A stretch of 64,000 bases of DNA from assembly GCA_011911785.1 (NCBI GenBank), contig GCA_011911785.1_4084.1; one strand, written 5' to 3'. Below, in pieces: positions 1 through 9,618 of this stretch (its first letter is position 1; each line of letters begins with the position of its first letter). A program made the position numbers and the translations under genes. Origin of the DNA: a phage. The notes beneath the pieces were generated by a model. That model did no database searches and had not been told where the DNA came from. It saw only the letters and a list, made by a program, of their open reading frames with translations.

Positions 1-202
1 AATAACAGTACAGAAACGTTGTAAGCCAGTACAACATAGGGGTTTGTTTTGGGTGGAGTTGAGTGCATTAGCATTGAATTCAGAGTTGAGTACTGACTTC
101 TTCTATTCAGATGCGAAGCCAGAAAACTTTGGATATTTGAATGGTAAGTTAGTTAAGCTTGATTATGGAGATTAATATGTACGCATTGTATAATAAAGAA
201 AA

Positions 203-235
203 GGGTTGACTTCAGTCAGCCCTTTTTGCTATAAT
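203..235 (+). promoter_or_regulatory. Type-A terminator/promoter cassette: hairpin GGGTTGACTTCAGTCAGCCC + T-run, -35 TTGACT inside the stem, -10 TATAAT
   Basis: Read directly; near-identical cassette recurs at 931, 2356, 33296, 36728, 40039, 43119 and degenerate at 27554. Confidence 0.6.
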
Positions 236-263
236 TATTTCATCGAAACGAGAGGATGAATAC

Positions 264-701
264 ATGACACGCATTAACTTAGTACACGTTAAAGAACTTG
301 CTGACCAACATCTGATGGCTGAATATCGTGAACTTCCACGTGTGTTTGGTGCTGTACAAAAACATGTTCAAGCACGTAAGCGTGTACGTGATTTCAAAAT
401 TAACAGTACTTATCTGTTAGGTTCAGGTCATGTAACATTCTTCTACGACAAGTTACTGTACTTACAGAAGCGTCATATTGATATTGTTAACGAATGTTTG
501 CGTCGTGGTATGAAGATTCAAAACACTGAAGTAAACGACATTAGCGGCTTCCCTGCTGAGTTTTGTAATGACTACGTACCATCGGAGTCCGAGATTAAAA
601 CATCACGCGAGCGTTTGATTGAGAAGCTTCAGATGAAGCCTAAGTGGTATAAGTTTACTGATGTTGAGCTACCTGTATATTATGTTGATATGATACAATG
701 A
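264..701 (+). CDS. denV: Endonuclease V (pyrimidine dimer DNA glycosylase), phage T4 DenV homolog
   Basis: 145-aa product matches T4 endonuclease V along its length ([37 protein letters not shown]); T4 sequence recalled from memory. Confidence 0.9.
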   Translation: MTRINLVHVKELADQHLMAEYRELPRVFGAVQKHVQARKRVRDFKINSTYLLGSGHVTFFYDKLLYLQKRHIDIVNECLRRGMKIQNTEVNDISGFPAEFCNDYVPSESEIKTSRERLIEKLQMKPKWYKFTDVELPVYYVDMIQ

Positions 702-925
702 ATGATGAAGAATTCAAAAAATATGCGATTGAGAAGCTTGATTCATACAAGCCACGCGAAACGTATAAATTTAATCCTGATAAAACAAAAGCATCTATAA
801 GATGGTTGATTAATTCACCCAAATATACATTTGATGAAAAATATTCATGGATAGTGCAATGTAGTGATTATGAGGATTTGGTATATAATATTAAACTGTG
901 TTGGTATGAATACAACAATAAATGA
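698..925 (+). CDS. Hypothetical protein (75 aa)
   Basis: ATGA start/stop overlap with denV suggests translational coupling. Confidence 0.45.
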   Translation: MNDEEFKKYAIEKLDSYKPRETYKFNPDKTKASIRWLINSPKYTFDEKYSWIVQCSDYEDLVYNIKLCWYEYNNK

Positions 926-930
926 TATAA

Positions 931-964
931 GGGGTTGACTTCGGTCAGCCCTTTTTGCTATAAT
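931..964 (+). promoter_or_regulatory. Type-A terminator/promoter cassette (GGGGTTGACTTCGGTCAGCCC + T-run; -10 TATAAT)
   Basis: Hairpin with TTCG loop followed by TTTTT, then TATAAT; read directly. Confidence 0.6.
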
Positions 965-990
965 CATTTCATCAACTCAAGAGGTAACAC

Positions 991-1227
991 ATGAAACTAT
1001 CTTTTATACGTTTAGCAGAATTCTTCGGTACTGATGTAATTACTCTACAACAAATCGCAGATAATACATCATTAACTACGCAAGAAGTACTTGACTTAGA
1101 TGTAATTAAGAGCGATAATACTTCCATTGATTTCAAAGAAGGTCTTGTCGAAAAAGATAAGATTCAAGCTAAGATTCATGGTGCTGGGCGGGTTCAGTAC
1201 TGGAAAGGAGTTTTAAGTAATGTTTGA
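991..1227 (+). CDS. Hypothetical protein (78 aa)
   Basis: ORF after type-A promoter with RBS GAGG. Confidence 0.45.
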   Translation: MKLSFIRLAEFFGTDVITLQQIADNTSLTTQEVLDLDVIKSDNTSIDFKEGLVEKDKIQAKIHGAGRVQYWKGVLSNV

Positions 1228-2347
1228 ACAGTACTATTTTAATGAAGATGGTGAAAAAGTTTATTTTTATGAAGAGCATGGAATGCTTTTTGAGTGGATG
1301 AAAGCCGAAGATATAAATTTTGTAAAAAAATCCAACATTGCTCAAGATCCTATTAGTATTATGGGTGAAATAAATGATCCAAGAGTTCTTGGATTCTATA
1401 TCAATAGATCACAAGATTATATATCTAAATCAAAAACCAAACTTGTAGTGAATAACGATGGTATGTTAGTTATTGGAGCCACCTGCACGAATTTTATTAG
1501 GCAGGGATTTAATGGGAAGATTTTTTACAATATTATTAATATTCCATATTACAGCCTTAATCATATTAGTGTCATCAACAAAAAATATGGTTATGATAAA
1601 TTTACTTATAGTGGAATAACTTCGTTTAACTCTACACTTCCTAGTAGAACTAAAATTGAAGTAGTATGTAATGATTGTGGTGATATAAAAAAACCCACAA
1701 TTACTGACTTAGCTACTGGTAAAATTGGTTGTCAAGAATGCACGAAACAAACTTTAGGTGAATTTATAAAAAAATCACATCTTATACACGGAAATAAGTA
1801 TGATTATTCTTTATATGACTACATTAACAACCAAGTAACCTCTATTATAATATGCAAAGAACATGGTGAATTTCAACAAACACCAAATTCACATCTGTCT
1901 GGTTCTGGTTGTCCCACGTGTGCAGTAAAAGGATTTAAAACTTCCAAGCCTGGAAGATTTTATATTCACAATGATTATGCAAAAAAATCGGATAAAGCTG
2001 GTATTACAAACAAAACTATTAAAGCAAGATTAAGTCCACAAAACTTATCTTATAAAAAAATATATAAAGTAGATAATTTTTGGAGTAATGAAATTTCCAT
2101 TTTATTTCATAAGAATGTGGGTGGGAAACTTGCTAGAGAATTGGAAATAATAATACATACAATTGCGTTATGTGGTAAACTATATAATAAAGGTTATTAT
2201 GAAAAGGGAGATGGTTGCACAGAAACATTCAATAATATCCATCGTCCTAAAGTTAATGAAGCCATTAAAAAATTCTTAGCTGAACATGAAGGAGAATACA
2301 TCATTGAACGTGATATCAATGGTATTTTTGGTGAAGTGATTGTATAA
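1220..2347 (+). CDS. Hypothetical protein with two zinc-ribbon-like Cys/His clusters (375 aa)
   Basis: CNDCG..GCQEC and CKEHG..GCPTC motifs; start overlaps upstream stop. Confidence 0.5.
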   Translation: MFEQYYFNEDGEKVYFYEEHGMLFEWMKAEDINFVKKSNIAQDPISIMGEINDPRVLGFYINRSQDYISKSKTKLVVNNDGMLVIGATCTNFIRQGFNGKIFYNIINIPYYSLNHISVINKKYGYDKFTYSGITSFNSTLPSRTKIEVVCNDCGDIKKPTITDLATGKIGCQECTKQTLGEFIKKSHLIHGNKYDYSLYDYINNQVTSIIICKEHGEFQQTPNSHLSGSGCPTCAVKGFKTSKPGRFYIHNDYAKKSDKAGITNKTIKARLSPQNLSYKKIYKVDNFWSNEISILFHKNVGGKLARELEIIIHTIALCGKLYNKGYYEKGDGCTETFNNIHRPKVNEAIKKFLAEHEGEYIIERDINGIFGEVIV

Positions 2348-2355
2348 AACAAAAA

Positions 2356-2387
2356 GGTTGACTTCGGTCAGCCCTTTTTGCTATAAT
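2356..2387 (+). promoter_or_regulatory. Type-A terminator/promoter cassette
   Basis: GGTTGACTTCGGTCAGCC hairpin + TTTTT + TATAAT upstream of ATPase gene. Confidence 0.6.
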
Positions 2388-2415
2388 CATATCATCAACT
2401 ACAGAGGGTAACGAA

Positions 2416-3189
2416 ATGAACCGTACAGAGAAAGCAATCCAAATCGAAAAGAACTTCAACTCCATGATGGCAGCACTGGAATGTCTTCTTGATACACAAA
2501 CTAACTCTATCAACTCTCTGATCGTTTCTGGCAAGGGTGGTGTTGGTAAAACTTTCAACGTTGACCAACGGTTGCAGAAAGCTGATGACAACTTTGAAAT
2601 CGACTACAAGAAAATCAGTGGCAAAGTAACTACTGTTGGTCTGTACGAAGCACTGTATCGTTCACGTCACGCTGCTTCAGTACTGTTACTTGATGATGTT
2701 GATATCTTCTCTGATGAGACGAATATTGATTTGCTTAAAGCTGTATTGGATACTTCTGAGAAGCGTGTAGTATCTTACGCTACTTCTGCTAAGTACCTGG
2801 AACAGCAGGGTATCCCTAAGCAGTTTGAATTCCGTGGTAAAGTAATCTTCCTGACTAACAAAAACCTGTCACAGATTGCTAAAGGTAAAAGCAGTTTAGC
2901 ACCACACATTGATGCACTGATCACTCGTAGTATCTTTGTTGACCTGCAACTGTTCACCAACGAAGAAGTGATGATTCACATTGAGAACATCATGAACAAA
3001 ACTAACATCCTTGAAAACAATGGTGTTAACAAAAATGGTTGTAAAGCAATCCTGAACTGGATGCTGAGCAATGAAGACCGTCTGCGTAGTCCTTCACTGC
3101 GTATGCCAGTACTGATCGCTGGTCTTTACAATAAATTCCCATACGACTGGGAATCAATGGCTGAAAATATGTTCCTGGAGAAAAATTAA
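2416..3189 (+). CDS. P-loop NTPase, AAA+-like ATPase (257 aa)
   Basis: Walker A GKGGVGKT, Walker B LLLDDVD, sensor-1-like FLTNKN. Confidence 0.6.
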   Translation: MNRTEKAIQIEKNFNSMMAALECLLDTQTNSINSLIVSGKGGVGKTFNVDQRLQKADDNFEIDYKKISGKVTTVGLYEALYRSRHAASVLLLDDVDIFSDETNIDLLKAVLDTSEKRVVSYATSAKYLEQQGIPKQFEFRGKVIFLTNKNLSQIAKGKSSLAPHIDALITRSIFVDLQLFTNEEVMIHIENIMNKTNILENNGVNKNGCKAILNWMLSNEDRLRSPSLRMPVLIAGLYNKFPYDWESMAENMFLEKN

Positions 3190-3216
3190 TTGATAACATA
3201 TAACATCGATAAGGTC

Positions 3217-3408
3217 ATGTTATTATATGCATGTATTAACATGATTGTCGTTTTAGTTAAAGTTTATAGATGGTTTCATACACTTGATATTGATACTGAA
3301 AAGGAGTATAATCCTCAAGAAGCATCTCTTGGATTAAAAATTATTGTTTTAATTAGCGTAGTATCCGTATACATGGTATTACTATCAACTATGATTAAGT
3401 TCACTTAA
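3217..3408 (+). CDS. Small hydrophobic membrane protein (63 aa; track start 3190 is TTG)
   Basis: Hydrophobic ORF; first ATG with AAGG upstream. Confidence 0.3.
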   Translation: MLLYACINMIVVLVKVYRWFHTLDIDTEKEYNPQEASLGLKIIVLISVVSVYMVLLSTMIKFT

Positions 3409-3418
3409 CGAGGAACAT

Positions 3419-3751
3419 ATGATTAATTTATTTTCAACTGAGGTTATGATTAAAATTACATTAGTATACATGTGTCTATTCGTATACTACCACGCTCTCA
3501 TCGGAATCTTGTGGTTCTTTAAGAAAGGTCGTCTTCTTGAGAAATTGTACCCAGACTATATGATATTGTATACAATCGTCCAGGGTGTAGGAATAGTACT
3601 GGGAATTCTAGTGCACTTGATATATTTGTTTGAACCACACCTTCCGTGTATTACACAATACATTGTATTCGGAACTACTATTATGTGGCTTGTAATGATG
3701 GGTGTGTATGGTCTGTATTTGTACAGGAAACGTATAGTGGGAGATTTCTAA
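3419..3751 (+). CDS. Small membrane protein, WFFKxx paralog group (110 aa)
   Basis: RBS GAGGA; hydrophobic; motif LWFFKKGRL. Confidence 0.5.
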   Translation: MINLFSTEVMIKITLVYMCLFVYYHALIGILWFFKKGRLLEKLYPDYMILYTIVQGVGIVLGILVHLIYLFEPHLPCITQYIVFGTTIMWLVMMGVYGLYLYRKRIVGDF

Positions 3752-4104
3752 TGCAAGAGGTTATTAAATGGTTGACAACCAGTGATATTGCTAGTACACT
3801 GAACTATGTACTCATTATCTTATATCCGTTTTTGATGGTTCTAAACTTCATTGGATGGTATTTCAAACGTCCAATTTACTACAAGATTAATAATTCAGAG
3901 TACTATGAAAGTGTTGTAATTGCAACCTCAATCACGTATACTATGGGTGCAGTTCTTACAGTCATAGGATTAGGTCAAGGTGATAATCTTAACTTTATGC
4001 TATGTACCTTTGTTATGATATGTATTCCAACACTAATTGTAATTCTATCGAATATTGTGTGGAAAAAAATGTTATTTGCACGCAACAAAATACCGGAGGC
4101 ATAA
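3751..4104 (+). CDS. Small membrane protein, paralog (117 aa)
   Basis: TAATG overlap with upstream stop; motif GWYFKRPIYY; track start 3646 rejected. Confidence 0.5.
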   Translation: MQEVIKWLTTSDIASTLNYVLIILYPFLMVLNFIGWYFKRPIYYKINNSEYYESVVIATSITYTMGAVLTVIGLGQGDNLNFMLCTFVMICIPTLIVILSNIVWKKMLFARNKIPEA

Positions 4105-4439
4105 TGGAGTACTTTATCAGTTTACTACCGTGGTACTTGAAAGTAAGTACAATTTACTACATCATTTCCGCTGGGTTTTATTTCTTGATGTGGTTCTTTA
4201 AACGTCCAATCAGTGAATTCATCGATAATCATCTGATGAGTTTTAAACTTCACTGCTGGTTTTGGTCATCGTCAGTGATGCCATTCATCCATTACGGAAT
4301 TATCAGTACTGGTAAACGTTCTAATGGTGAAATAATTTCCTTGGGTTTTTACTGGATATCGACTATTGTTTACATTGGTGTGCTTTTGTATCCATTTGTA
4401 GTTAAACTACGAAACTCTATCCCAGATCACAGGAAATAA
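4104..4439 (+). CDS. Small membrane protein, paralog (111 aa)
   Basis: RBS GGAGG; TAATG overlap; motif MWFFKRPISEF. Confidence 0.5.
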   Translation: MEYFISLLPWYLKVSTIYYIISAGFYFLMWFFKRPISEFIDNHLMSFKLHCWFWSSSVMPFIHYGIISTGKRSNGEIISLGFYWISTIVYIGVLLYPFVVKLRNSIPDHRK

Positions 4440-4440
4440 T

Positions 4441-4761
4441 ATGAAGATTGAATTGATTCTTTTCACAGTAAGTGCATTCTACTTTTGGGTTTGCTGGATT
4501 GGTTTTCTCTTTGCACTAAAACCATTTGACTTCTATGCAAAGCAGTGTAAAAATGCTGCTGTTGGTAATGTAGCTTTTACATTGCTTAGTACATTATGGG
4601 TAATACTGCTTATATTCAATCCACCTGATAATGATTTGGAAATGTCATTGTGTACATTATTTGCAGTCCTGTGTGTATTCGCAGCATTCTGTAGTTATAT
4701 TGGAAAGTTATGTTCTTTGGTATCAAATTTCCATCGTAAACAAAAAGATAAGAGGGTATAA
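4441..4761 (+). CDS. Small membrane protein (106 aa)
   Basis: Hydrophobic ORF, coupled in operon. Confidence 0.5.
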   Translation: MKIELILFTVSAFYFWVCWIGFLFALKPFDFYAKQCKNAAVGNVAFTLLSTLWVILLIFNPPDNDLEMSLCTLFAVLCVFAAFCSYIGKLCSLVSNFHRKQKDKRV

Positions 4762-5144
4762 TGTACACAACAATATATGTTATTCTTAATATCCTAAGTG
4801 CATGTCTAACAATAGGTGCATTAATATACATTGGAAAGTTCTTTTGTGTAAAGTTCGTCGAAGATGTGTATGAGGATATTGAATACGACTACGAATCTAA
4901 GTGCTTCTTCCATGTTGGATATATCATTTGCTTAGTAACTACTATCTTCACATGGATTGTATACGTATTCGGGATTGGAATCACTTCAATTGGTGAACCA
5001 GTACTGTGCATTATTGGATTAGTGTTTTCTTCAATATTCGGGTTATTGTTCATGATTATTCTTATGTATAATTTAATCTGTACTGCTATTGTTCCTTTCT
5101 TTTATGAAATTCACAATAACATTAAACGTAAGAAACGAGGTTAA
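4761..5144 (+). CDS. Small membrane protein (127 aa)
   Basis: TAATG overlap; multiple hydrophobic segments. Confidence 0.5.
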   Translation: MYTTIYVILNILSACLTIGALIYIGKFFCVKFVEDVYEDIEYDYESKCFFHVGYIICLVTTIFTWIVYVFGIGITSIGEPVLCIIGLVFSSIFGLLFMIILMYNLICTAIVPFFYEIHNNIKRKKRG

Positions 5145-5146
5145 TT

Positions 5147-5500
5147 ATGTTTTCTCCTGCTGGTCAAGTTATATTCATGTTATGTACACTGGTATTCTTT
5201 ATGTTATCTGTACTACTTGTGATGAAATTCTTTCACATGAAACCATTCAGTACTTGGTATGATAATATTGTGTACTATATTGGTAATGCTATAACACTCT
5301 TTTCAGTTGCATACTATTTCGGTTATTTTGCAATGCTATTTGGGTTATTACTTGAAGCTCGTGCATTGCTTGTAGCTGGTATGGTGGCAGATTTAATGTG
5401 TCTAACACTAGCCTGTATTGGATTTACTGTATGTATGTCGTTAACCATTTTTGACAAATTATGTAAACTACACAAACGTTTAGGTGAGAGGATGAAATAA
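5147..5500 (+). CDS. Small membrane protein (117 aa)
   Basis: Hydrophobic ORF with RBS. Confidence 0.5.
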   Translation: MFSPAGQVIFMLCTLVFFMLSVLLVMKFFHMKPFSTWYDNIVYYIGNAITLFSVAYYFGYFAMLFGLLLEARALLVAGMVADLMCLTLACIGFTVCMSLTIFDKLCKLHKRLGERMK

Positions 5501-5883
5501 TGACTTACCGTGATTACTTTTGTATTTTTGAAATTGCAGTATTCGCTTTAGGTTCAGTCTGGTTACTTCTATACTACTTCTGTATTAATCCAGTATTCAA
5601 TTGGGTTCGTCGTGCTGAACAAAGTAGTGCTGGACAAATAGCAGTTGTTATGGGTATGACATATTATATGTTCGCCGTAGCTTCTGTTGTTATTGAAGTA
5701 ATATTTGGTGGCATGAATGGTGATGATGGGGCAACGTTCTATGGATTCGTAACATTCTTTAGTGTGCTGATTCCGTGTGGTGCTCTTATTATTACTGCGT
5801 TCTATTGGCTATATCGTGGTGTTAAGAAGCTGGAATCAATTCACGTAGATATGCGTTCAAAACGAATGGGGATTGACAAATAA
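5500..5883 (+). CDS. Small membrane protein (127 aa)
   Basis: Start overlaps upstream stop; hydrophobic. Confidence 0.5.
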   Translation: MTYRDYFCIFEIAVFALGSVWLLLYYFCINPVFNWVRRAEQSSAGQIAVVMGMTYYMFAVASVVIEVIFGGMNGDDGATFYGFVTFFSVLIPCGALIITAFYWLYRGVKKLESIHVDMRSKRMGIDK

Positions 5884-6434
5884 TGAAACGAAGTTCTAAT
5901 GTCATTCGTGAACGATTTCGTAAAGTAAAAACTATTAAGTACGGGACTATTGCTCTTGTACTTAGTAGTACTTTTATTATGACAGGATGTGAACGCTCTG
6001 AAGATATTTCTGTATATCAGAATGTGGACCAATGTAAAAGAAGTGGTAGCAATCCGGTACAATGTGAAGATGATTATAAAAAAGCCCTAACTGAATCGGA
6101 AAAGGTAGCACCAAAATATAGTTCACAGAGTGATTGCTCAAGCGATTTTGGTAATCAATGTCAACAACATAGTTCGGGATTCTTTTGGATTCCAATCATG
6201 AGCGGGTTCCATAGTAGTGGTAATGGGTTTGCTAGTCAACCACTATACAACTCTAAAGGGAACTACTATGATGCTGGTGGTAACTCCTACGGTAGCAGTA
6301 CTGCAAAAGGTACAACACGTACTGTATCAAGTTCCGCATTAGCTCCAAAACCTCCTACAACGACCACAATCACCCGCAATGGGTTTGGGTCTTCAATAGC
6401 CAGAAGTGCCGCTCACACGAGTTCTGGTGGATAA
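5883..6434 (+). CDS. Putative lipoprotein (183 aa), possibly YgiB/DUF1190-like
   Basis: Signal peptide + lipobox FIMTGC; Ser/Gly/Thr-rich C-terminus; YgiB resemblance is from memory, unverified. Confidence 0.5.
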   Translation: MKRSSNVIRERFRKVKTIKYGTIALVLSSTFIMTGCERSEDISVYQNVDQCKRSGSNPVQCEDDYKKALTESEKVAPKYSSQSDCSSDFGNQCQQHSSGFFWIPIMSGFHSSGNGFASQPLYNSKGNYYDAGGNSYGSSTAKGTTRTVSSSALAPKPPTTTTITRNGFGSSIARSAAHTSSGG

Positions 6435-6435
6435 T

Positions 6436-6465
6436 AAAAAAGCCCACTTAATGTGGGCTTTTTGT
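6436..6465. terminator. Bidirectional intrinsic terminator between convergent genes
   Basis: AAAAAGCCCAC-ttaat-GTGGGCTTTTT; A-run and T-run flank the hairpin. Confidence 0.75.
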
Positions 6466-9398
6466 TATTTGTGTTTTATGTGTAAAGTATCTAATATTGT
6501 ATTGAACAATGATTTAGCAGAAATCATGATTACTTGATCAAAATCTTTAGTATAAGAAATATTAGCAGTACTGGAAGAATCTTTCACCTCATCCGGTAAT
6601 GCATCAAACTCTTCTTTTTCCATAATCTTTTCAAGTTCTTCACGAGAAATGGCTTTTACGTTTTCAATAGTCCTTAGTTGTATATTATAATCTTTATAAT
6701 ACGAAACTAAGTTCGTTGCGTATGAACCATCTTTAGATGCTGTTCCAGTAAAATCATAACATCCTGTATCAGTACTAACCCAATCGATTTTCCCTGAGCT
6801 ACCACTATATACACCTTTGTTAAATTTAATATTAACAACATCGCCAATAGTTTTCAATATACCACCTTTACATTCATTAAATGCGTTTAATTGATAACTT
6901 GTAGTCATATAGAATTTCGGTTCTAATGTAACAGTATCACCTACAGTTGCTTTCATGTCAGAAACACTTAAGAACAATTCATTAAATCCTTTTGAATAAG
7001 TCTTGGTAATTGTTGTTCCATCCCTGTTAGTTACTGTGTATTCTAAGTCCAATTCACAAATACTATTCAATGATAAGTAAGGGATATCAAATTTATCAGT
7101 ACTAGCATCATAAGGACATCTTGATGATGGTAGTATACCAGTAGGGTTTGGTACGTATTGAACTTTTGTTAACTCATACCCGCTTGCATTCGCTGGTGTA
7201 ACTGTAATAGACGGTGTAGATATTCCTTTCATTCCACAGAAGTATATGTTATCTGGAAAATCATTTATTACGAAGTCAGTGACAGGAATATCATAAGTAT
7301 CTTTATCAGTCCAATTGAGAACAACATTAGAACTGGTTGGATCAACAATATGTTCACTAGAACCACAGAAATATACTGATTTGGTATTAGTAATCATTAG
7401 TAATGTTTTGGATGATGAGTTCAATTCAAGAACATCTTTCACTTCAAGACCAGATGGTAATGTCAATGGTAACTTCGTGAATGATGTTAAATCTTGTTCA
7501 TCTTTAACACCACTAGTCCCCGCCGGAAACTTACCTGAACCATAGAAAACACCTTTATTCGTCATGAAATACATGAACGGGGTTGATGTTCCTTTGTCAA
7601 ATAGTTTAATGTCATCACATGTTAAACCATCAGGTAAACTTACTTTAGATGGAGTTCTATAAACACCAGGCTTAATACCACCTTCACCATTACTTACATC
7701 ACCTAGTACATATAAATCTTTACCTAGTTTCAAGAACATTGATTTATTTTTAGCACACAAGAATGTATCATATGATTTATCATCAATTGGTAGCTTGGTA
7801 TATTCGGTGTATGTAGGTATTGAATCATCAATCCACGAACTATCACCACTAATGTAAATGTGATTGTTTCTGTCAATATAATATGAATACACATCAGTAC
7901 TGTTCATATATAAAGCATTTAGTGCATTTGTTTTCACTAAGTGATTGAACTTAAGAACTTGTTTTCCATCGTACTTATGGGAGTTGACACCAATATCACC
8001 ATTCAGGCTACTACCAAATGAATATATGTGACCACGTGGTAATAGAACTTGAACACCACTTTTGGTTAAATTATATTTGGAGTGCAAGAGATCGTTATAT
8101 ACAACTCTAACTTTCTTAAAGATATCAGTACATTCAATCCACGATTTAGATGGTGTACCATCCATTCCTATTATTGCTGGATCACCATAATAATAAGCTT
8201 TATTTTCATATGATATTTTAAAAGATGATTTACCATCTTTTGTATTAGCACTGAAATACACATCTTTACTATCTTTAATTGGATAAGTACTATTCTCTAC
8301 AAAAGTATTATATGAGATATCGTTGTTAGAACTATTAAGAACAAAAGAAGTAGATGTACTATTGGACTTATAGACTGCTACGGAAGATGTATCACTGAAA
8401 TCAATTTTAGTGAACGTATCTTTGTATGTTTCGTTTAATAATCCTACATAAAAAACATCAGTGCCATCAGTAACGAATATAGCATTTCTATTATTACATA
8501 AAGAAGTAATATTTTTTACTACTTTATTTGAATTATAGTTCGGTAACTTCTTTAATCCACGAACAAAATTATCACAAATAATACCAGTACCATAGAAGTT
8601 ATAATCTTTATCACAGTATATAAATGCTGTATCATATGGTGAAGTACTTAAATTCTTATAGAATGGGAATGGAGTGAATGTGAATTGTAGAACATTACGC
8701 AATTCCCCTACTGTCTCTGTTGGGAATTGTCTGTTTTTATTATTTCCAAGAAAAACAACTCTATCTGTTAGGTATGTGTACATAATTCCATATGGTTTTA
8801 CGTACAAGTCATTATATCCTAATGATAATTTAGTTGGTGATGTTAGTGGACCGGAATTTATTTTATTTTGGTTAAAAGAAAATTCATTTGAATTATAACC
8901 AGCCCCATATGTATTACCATCAGTACTTAAATAATATACAGTAGCTTCCCCTGCTCCAAGAAAAGTCTTTACATCAGTTGCTAACGTTTTTTTGAAAGTT
9001 GGATAAAATTTATTATATGTTCCCGTTCCCATCATCAGTTCACCATTGCGGTTATGACCACGAGCATATAGAATACCTTTGTCTGTATCTAAGAAGAACA
9101 TACCATTATATGTTTTGTAAATCTTACCTTTTGTAATATCGAAATTGGAAAAATCATCACTAATATCAATGAATATCGTCTCAAGGTTATTTTCAAGGGA
9201 GTTTAGAGATTTACCACAATACCATACTGAGTTATCTTTTTTAACAGCAACACAACCACACGGACTGGCATCAAAATATGTTACATCGGAAAGAACCAGA
9301 GATAAGTTCTTTGTACTGCAATAATTATCCATTGCATATAAATCGGAATCTTTAAGTATATATACGGAATTCCCTACCGCTTTAATCGAATTTATCAT
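6465..9398 (-). CDS. Large beta-propeller-like repeat protein, RCC1-like (977 aa), lacks the conserved N-terminus of the downstream paralogs
   Basis: Start moved to ATG with RBS GAGGAT (track start is TTG at 9488); Gly-rich repeats e.g. GHNRNGELMMGTG. Confidence 0.55.
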   Translation of the reverse strand: MINSIKAVGNSVYILKDSDLYAMDNYCSTKNLSLVLSDVTYFDASPCGCVAVKKDNSVWYCGKSLNSLENNLETIFIDISDDFSNFDITKGKIYKTYNGMFFLDTDKGILYARGHNRNGELMMGTGTYNKFYPTFKKTLATDVKTFLGAGEATVYYLSTDGNTYGAGYNSNEFSFNQNKINSGPLTSPTKLSLGYNDLYVKPYGIMYTYLTDRVVFLGNNKNRQFPTETVGELRNVLQFTFTPFPFYKNLSTSPYDTAFIYCDKDYNFYGTGIICDNFVRGLKKLPNYNSNKVVKNITSLCNNRNAIFVTDGTDVFYVGLLNETYKDTFTKIDFSDTSSVAVYKSNSTSTSFVLNSSNNDISYNTFVENSTYPIKDSKDVYFSANTKDGKSSFKISYENKAYYYGDPAIIGMDGTPSKSWIECTDIFKKVRVVYNDLLHSKYNLTKSGVQVLLPRGHIYSFGSSLNGDIGVNSHKYDGKQVLKFNHLVKTNALNALYMNSTDVYSYYIDRNNHIYISGDSSWIDDSIPTYTEYTKLPIDDKSYDTFLCAKNKSMFLKLGKDLYVLGDVSNGEGGIKPGVYRTPSKVSLPDGLTCDDIKLFDKGTSTPFMYFMTNKGVFYGSGKFPAGTSGVKDEQDLTSFTKLPLTLPSGLEVKDVLELNSSSKTLLMITNTKSVYFCGSSEHIVDPTSSNVVLNWTDKDTYDIPVTDFVINDFPDNIYFCGMKGISTPSITVTPANASGYELTKVQYVPNPTGILPSSRCPYDASTDKFDIPYLSLNSICELDLEYTVTNRDGTTITKTYSKGFNELFLSVSDMKATVGDTVTLEPKFYMTTSYQLNAFNECKGGILKTIGDVVNIKFNKGVYSGSSGKIDWVSTDTGCYDFTGTASKDGSYATNLVSYYKDYNIQLRTIENVKAISREELEKIMEKEEFDALPDEVKDSSSTANISYTKDFDQVIMISAKSLFNTILDTLHIKHK

Positions 9399-9618
9399 GT
9401 TTATATCCTCATAAATTGATACCAATTCTAATGTATTTACCCACTTAAAGTACAAAAAATGATCAATTAAATGGGGAATCTTTAACAAATGAATTCATGA
9501 TGTACTTGATGAATTGCCCATACCAACGGATTCCCCAGTCCCAGCATACCACATGGTATTATCGAACTTTTTTATCATTGTAGTATCATAACCACACCAA
9601 ACATCATCAACATTAGTA

